64,000 nucleotides of DNA from Anthoceros angustus (taxonomy: Eukaryota; Plantae; Anthocerotophyta): positions 620,001-684,000 of the forward strand of contig MU008155.1 of NCBI GenBank assembly GCA_010909165.1, given 5' to 3'. Made by a program: the position numbers and the translations under genes. The notes below the pieces were generated by a model. That model had not been told where the DNA came from. It saw only the letters and a program-made list of their open reading frames with translations, and searched no databases. Below are positions 59,922-64,000 of the stretch, one piece after another; position 1 is the first letter of the stretch, and the number at the start of each line of letters is the position of its first letter.

Positions 59922-62708
59922 ATGGGGTCCGCGAATCCAGTCACGCTGGACAGTCTGCCCTTGAAGCGAATTCGAGAATTGGACGATTCTGGGACCGAGC
60001 GTCTTCCTCCGTACGTGGCTGGAGTGCTTGGTTTTTGCCTTCTCCACCTCCAGCTGCTGGGAGGCGCGGAGAGCTGGAGATGGATCATGTTTTGGACTTG
60101 TGGCTTTTCAGGGAAACTACGCCGAACGACACGCTGCTGCGGCAGCTCGGGCGGATTGATTTCCGCGAGCTCGTGTCGGAGGGGGACGATAAGAAGGATG
60201 CGGGGGCGCAGGTTGCGCCGGCTTGGGCGTTCCAAGAGATTGCTGAGTGCCTTCACGAGTCGCATGGGGAGCTCTCTGTGACTCTGGACTTCATCAAATA
60301 TGTAGGTAGACAGAGTCGTTGATTTTTGTGCTGGGCAATTTGGAGGGTGAAATGACGCGTGATGATCTTCGGGGGATGGTCAGGTGGAGGAGAATCAGGC
60401 TGTTACTGTGTCGAGCACTGTTCGGCCAAAGCTTCTGCCCAGGGAGGCGGCAGGGGAAGTGGGCTTGCGTATGGCATCGAAGTGTAAGCACTTTGAGGTA
60501 TGGTTCGTGACCTATTTTGGGTAGTTCTTGTTTTTCATGGATAGCTTCTTGTCGTTAGCTGTGACAGGGTAAGAAGGCTGCAGCACTCTCTGCTGCGGGG
60601 GCCTTGCCCGCATCTTGGTTGTTTCATCTTGGTGGGACTTTCAAATGACTTTCAAGCTCCAATGATTTTCATCTGGGATACTACCTTGTTTTAGGAAGCT
60701 GCCAAGACTCTGAAGAAAGCTGCCAAGTCTCTGGAGCTTCAAGTTGAGAGAGAAGCGGTGTTCTATGGTGCGCTGATGAGGTATGGACTTGGGTTGTCGT
60801 TGTCCTTTCTAGTGTCCGTGATGTATTCCCCAAACTTCCTTAAGGGTGTGCTTCTCGTTGATGATTTCCTGGTTTCTGTATCGGCCTAGACTGCAGCGTA
60901 ATTGGAAAGTGAAAAGGCAGCGCGGTGTCTCTGCTGGGCCAGGTGGGAGTGCAGGATTCTCGATTGACTTGTCATTTCCTCCTGCATTAGATGGTTCCAC
61001 TGTCATTCCTCAAAGGGCATTGGCCTTGTACACAAGGCCGCTTGATCAAGACTCAACTGGCATGCTGGTGGCTCGACGTCCACCTGGACAGCCAATCAAC
61101 TCACTTTGTCTACACCTTCGAAAAGCCACATTTGGGAAAGTTCAAAGTGATAACTTCAGAGCCACCGAATGCTCGGATGACATGGTTGAGGATGACCACT
61201 TGGCACCTGAAGTAGAACGTGAAGGTGACAGAGGAGTGGTTGAAGGTGTGGACCTGGGGGCAAAGGGGGCACATTCGGTGCTCCGCCGCATTCAGGCAGC
61301 AGTTTTTGATGAACAAGTAATAAGACTCGTCATCTTGATTGCCTTCCCTTGCATTGGTTGGTGCATGCTTACGGTTAGGACGGTGAGAAGCGGAGGTGTA
61401 GGCACATGAAACATTTTTTGTCAGTATTTGTTCCAAATAGAACAGCAGCACATGCACTAACTTGAAAGCTGAAAAACTCGCAGGTCTTTGACTGTGTAGG
61501 CAGGGAAGCTCTGTCTCCATTGCCAACCATCGACATTGTGGGCATGAGTGATACAAGCTGGCGGTTTCGCCTTGGGTTTGCTGCAACTCTAGTTCTTGAG
61601 CTTTCTGAAAAGTACGGGAGGACTAATGTACAGGGAACTGCTGACCATGATTCTGGGAAGGGGATATCTCCTGCACAACTACAACGCCCTGTCAAACCGT
61701 ATGATGGTGATGGGGCTAGTGAGACAGCGTTTGAGATTTGTCTGAAGCAGGTATATCATGAAAGTTATTTGGGAAAACGACTAGAGACATTGCCGGCCGG
61801 AGTAGGAACCAGGACACATGACTCCACTGGGAAGCTCAGGGAGCAGGTTTCAACAACTGCAGCAAAGGACGCTGGTCCTGAGCCAAATGTGTTGAGAAAA
61901 GTGGCTGCTGCCATGCGCCACAGGGTGTGCGCCCTCCAGGTTTTGTCACTGCTGGAGAAGCAGGTGTGTGAAGATTTCAATCTGAAAGAGATGCATTCTA
62001 GTGTTTCATGTTGCATTTCTAGTGTTTCATGTTGCATTTCTAGTGTTTCATGTTTCATACGCTTCTTCCTGTGCAGGTGCTTGGAGTCCCTCATATGCAG
62101 ATGCTTTCTCATCCGACATGGCATCCCAGAGTGTCTGCATGGGATCTCTCTTTATGCACCTTCGCATCCAGCTCTCATAAAGCACTGGATGAATCTGGAA
62201 GGAGTATATTCGAGTGTACTGTTGTTCTGAGAGACGAAGCCCTTACAATCGAGGGACTTGACGATTTGTCTGGAGAAGGCTTATCAACAAGCAAGCACAG
62301 CTGCAGCGTGATGGAGCTGCCGTCGTTTTTGTTGTTCCAGGTGAGACAGTTGTTACATTCTACTTGCGCAAGTAATTGGATTCACGGTTTCCAACAAATG
62401 TTTGGGCAATGATCGGCAGCCGCATACCCCTGCAGGTTGCGTCTCAGCTTGTCCAATGGCTCCAGGAAGAAGCATCCGGAATGGGGCTGGATGTGGAAAA
62501 AAATCACCTGGGTATCAGGTTTTCTGTTCCGAAGTATAGCAGTGATGTGGCAATACTGGCGACCCTTGATCATCGTCAGCATTGTGTTAACTGGGAGCTG
62601 ATGATTAGGTCCGGTGAAGATAAAGAAATAGACCATACATTTATAGGGGCTGCATCTGCGGAGTCTCTAAGAACGCTAATTGTCCATATGTCAAGTTTTA
62701 TCGACTAA
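59922..62708 (+). CDS. MED17: Mediator of RNA polymerase II transcription subunit 17, multi-exon
   Basis: VTLDSLPLKRI, RIDF, LEL.VEREAVFYGALMRLQRNWKVKRQR, HMQMLSHPTW, QVASQLVQWL, as recalled for plant MED17. Confidence 0.85.
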
Positions 62709-63054
62709 TTGAAAAGAAGGCCAGGGTAAAACCAAACGCAACTAGTGATCCATGTGAAAGGATACGTTGGCTTGCGTTTTTGCAAACAGAAAATGCGAAA
62801 ATACACAACAAGCAACAAGCTTGAGTGCCAGCGTAACAAGAGCTACAGCCTTGTGATCTGGCGAGATAACGGCTGGCCTCCGCTTCCAGGTGCCTAACAG
62901 AGCATGGAAGTGTTTTCAACGCATCCAAGTCACCTGTAAAAACCAAAGGAGGATTGTCTTCCCACACCATAAGATGGAGTAACTTGCGCAGCCGTCGTCG
63001 GGAGCTGAAGAAGCGTGGCCCTAGAAGGAAATGCGAGGGCACTCCTATCGTCCA

Positions 63055-63724
63055 TCAATCCAGATCCAGGATTCCCAAATTGGAGACTATAATCTTAAGC
63101 TGGTCGACAAAGTTGGCTCCAGTTGCATATTCCGTCAAGAGGCCGACTGCAATCCCGAACATTGTCCACCTGCAATGGCCACAACGCCGAGTGTGAGTCA
63201 GAAAGCTTAGAAGCAGGCGGTGTGTGTGACATAGCATACAGCCCGCTGCGTTCCTCCTACCTGCCATTCCTAATCTCATTGGTTCTAGTCCATCCGAAGA
63301 TTCGTCCCTGCTCCGCCTGCTGCTCATATTTCCTGTCCAGGAAGTACTCTTGCAACTCCTTGGCCTTTTGCCTCTGGAACTCAACGGTGACGCCGGAGGT
63401 GGAGGCTGCCGGGGTCGGGGGCGCAGCGGAGACGGAAGGGGAAGGAGCCGGAGCCGGAGCCGGAGCCGGGGCTGGGGTGGCAGAGCTGGAAGGCGGGACA
63501 GGAGCCGTCGGCGAGGGAGGCGGGGACAAGGAGGGAGCTGAAGGCCTGCGCAGGCCCGGACCGTCCGCCTTGGAGCTCCTCACCACCAGCAGCCGCTGCG
63601 GCGACGACATGCCGGCATCCGCCACCTTGATCCTGGCAGCGTGCAGTGGAGACATTCCGGAGTCGGGGGAGAGAGGGGCCAGCTTCGCCAGCACCAGGCT
63701 CCTCGATGCCGTGGCTGCCGCCAT
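63055..63724 (-). CDS. OHP2: One-helix protein 2 (LHC-like, plastid), 2 exons
   Basis: Transit peptide, Pro-rich linker, EFQRQKAKELQEYF, NEIRNGRWTMFGIAVGLLTEYATG, SNLGILDLD. Confidence 0.93.
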
Positions 63725-64000
63725 GGCTGCTGCTTTCCTGCGTATTGAGCCTGCCTGCGAAGCAAGCAAGCACCAAAGTCTGCTCCTAGGATTGGCAGGA
63801 ACGTTCGCTGCAGCAACGAAGGCAGCTAGATTGTGAGGTTTGCGTTGGAGCGCGTGCTTGCACCCGGGCGTCGGGATAAAAAGGGAGTGGCGTACAACAA
63901 CATCGGCAGCGCCAGAATGGCGGGGCCCCTGGCCTTATCAAAGGAACCACAAGCTCCAGCCCAGCCCGCCTTTTTATTTCCCCTTATGACGAAGCCGGCA

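Noticed and set aside
63920-63990. I-box (GATAAGG) light-response element upstream of OHP2
   Set aside because: Plausible location, but a 7-mer alone is not adequate evidence.

Overview
Eukaryotic nuclear DNA from a compact land-plant genome. A hornwort such as Anthoceros is inferred from the short introns, GC-rich exons, about one gene per 4 kb and a WW-type PPR editing-factor motif. The first ~22 kb is mostly decayed retroelements (two Ty1/copia, a copia protease fragment, a PHD-bearing Ty3/gypsy, a CRE-like RLE non-LTR element) around a kinesin-10/PAKRP2-like gene. The remainder is gene-dense: a PLS-E+ PPR gene with two pseudogene relatives, a 3-hydroxyisobutyrate dehydrogenase-like gene, a chalcone-isomerase-fold gene, an LLP homolog, UDP-glucose dehydrogenase, LFR, tRNA-Ser(AGA), a BOR borate exporter, an ATJ6/DNAJC9-like DnaJ, an ICME-like esterase, MED17 and OHP2. 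The standout observation is one predicted 10-exon gene (34729-38788, minus) encoding two complete NADP-type malic enzyme units fused head-to-tail (~1039 aa), both catalytically intact by motif, with a U12 AT-AC intron only in the second unit. Other oddities: two tRNA loci followed by tandem copies of their own 3' ends, a triplicated DnaJ 3' end anchored on a near-perfect hairpin, and two non-LTR retroelement clades atypical of seed plants. Exon boundaries were read by eye and gene names come from motif recognition; no database search was run.
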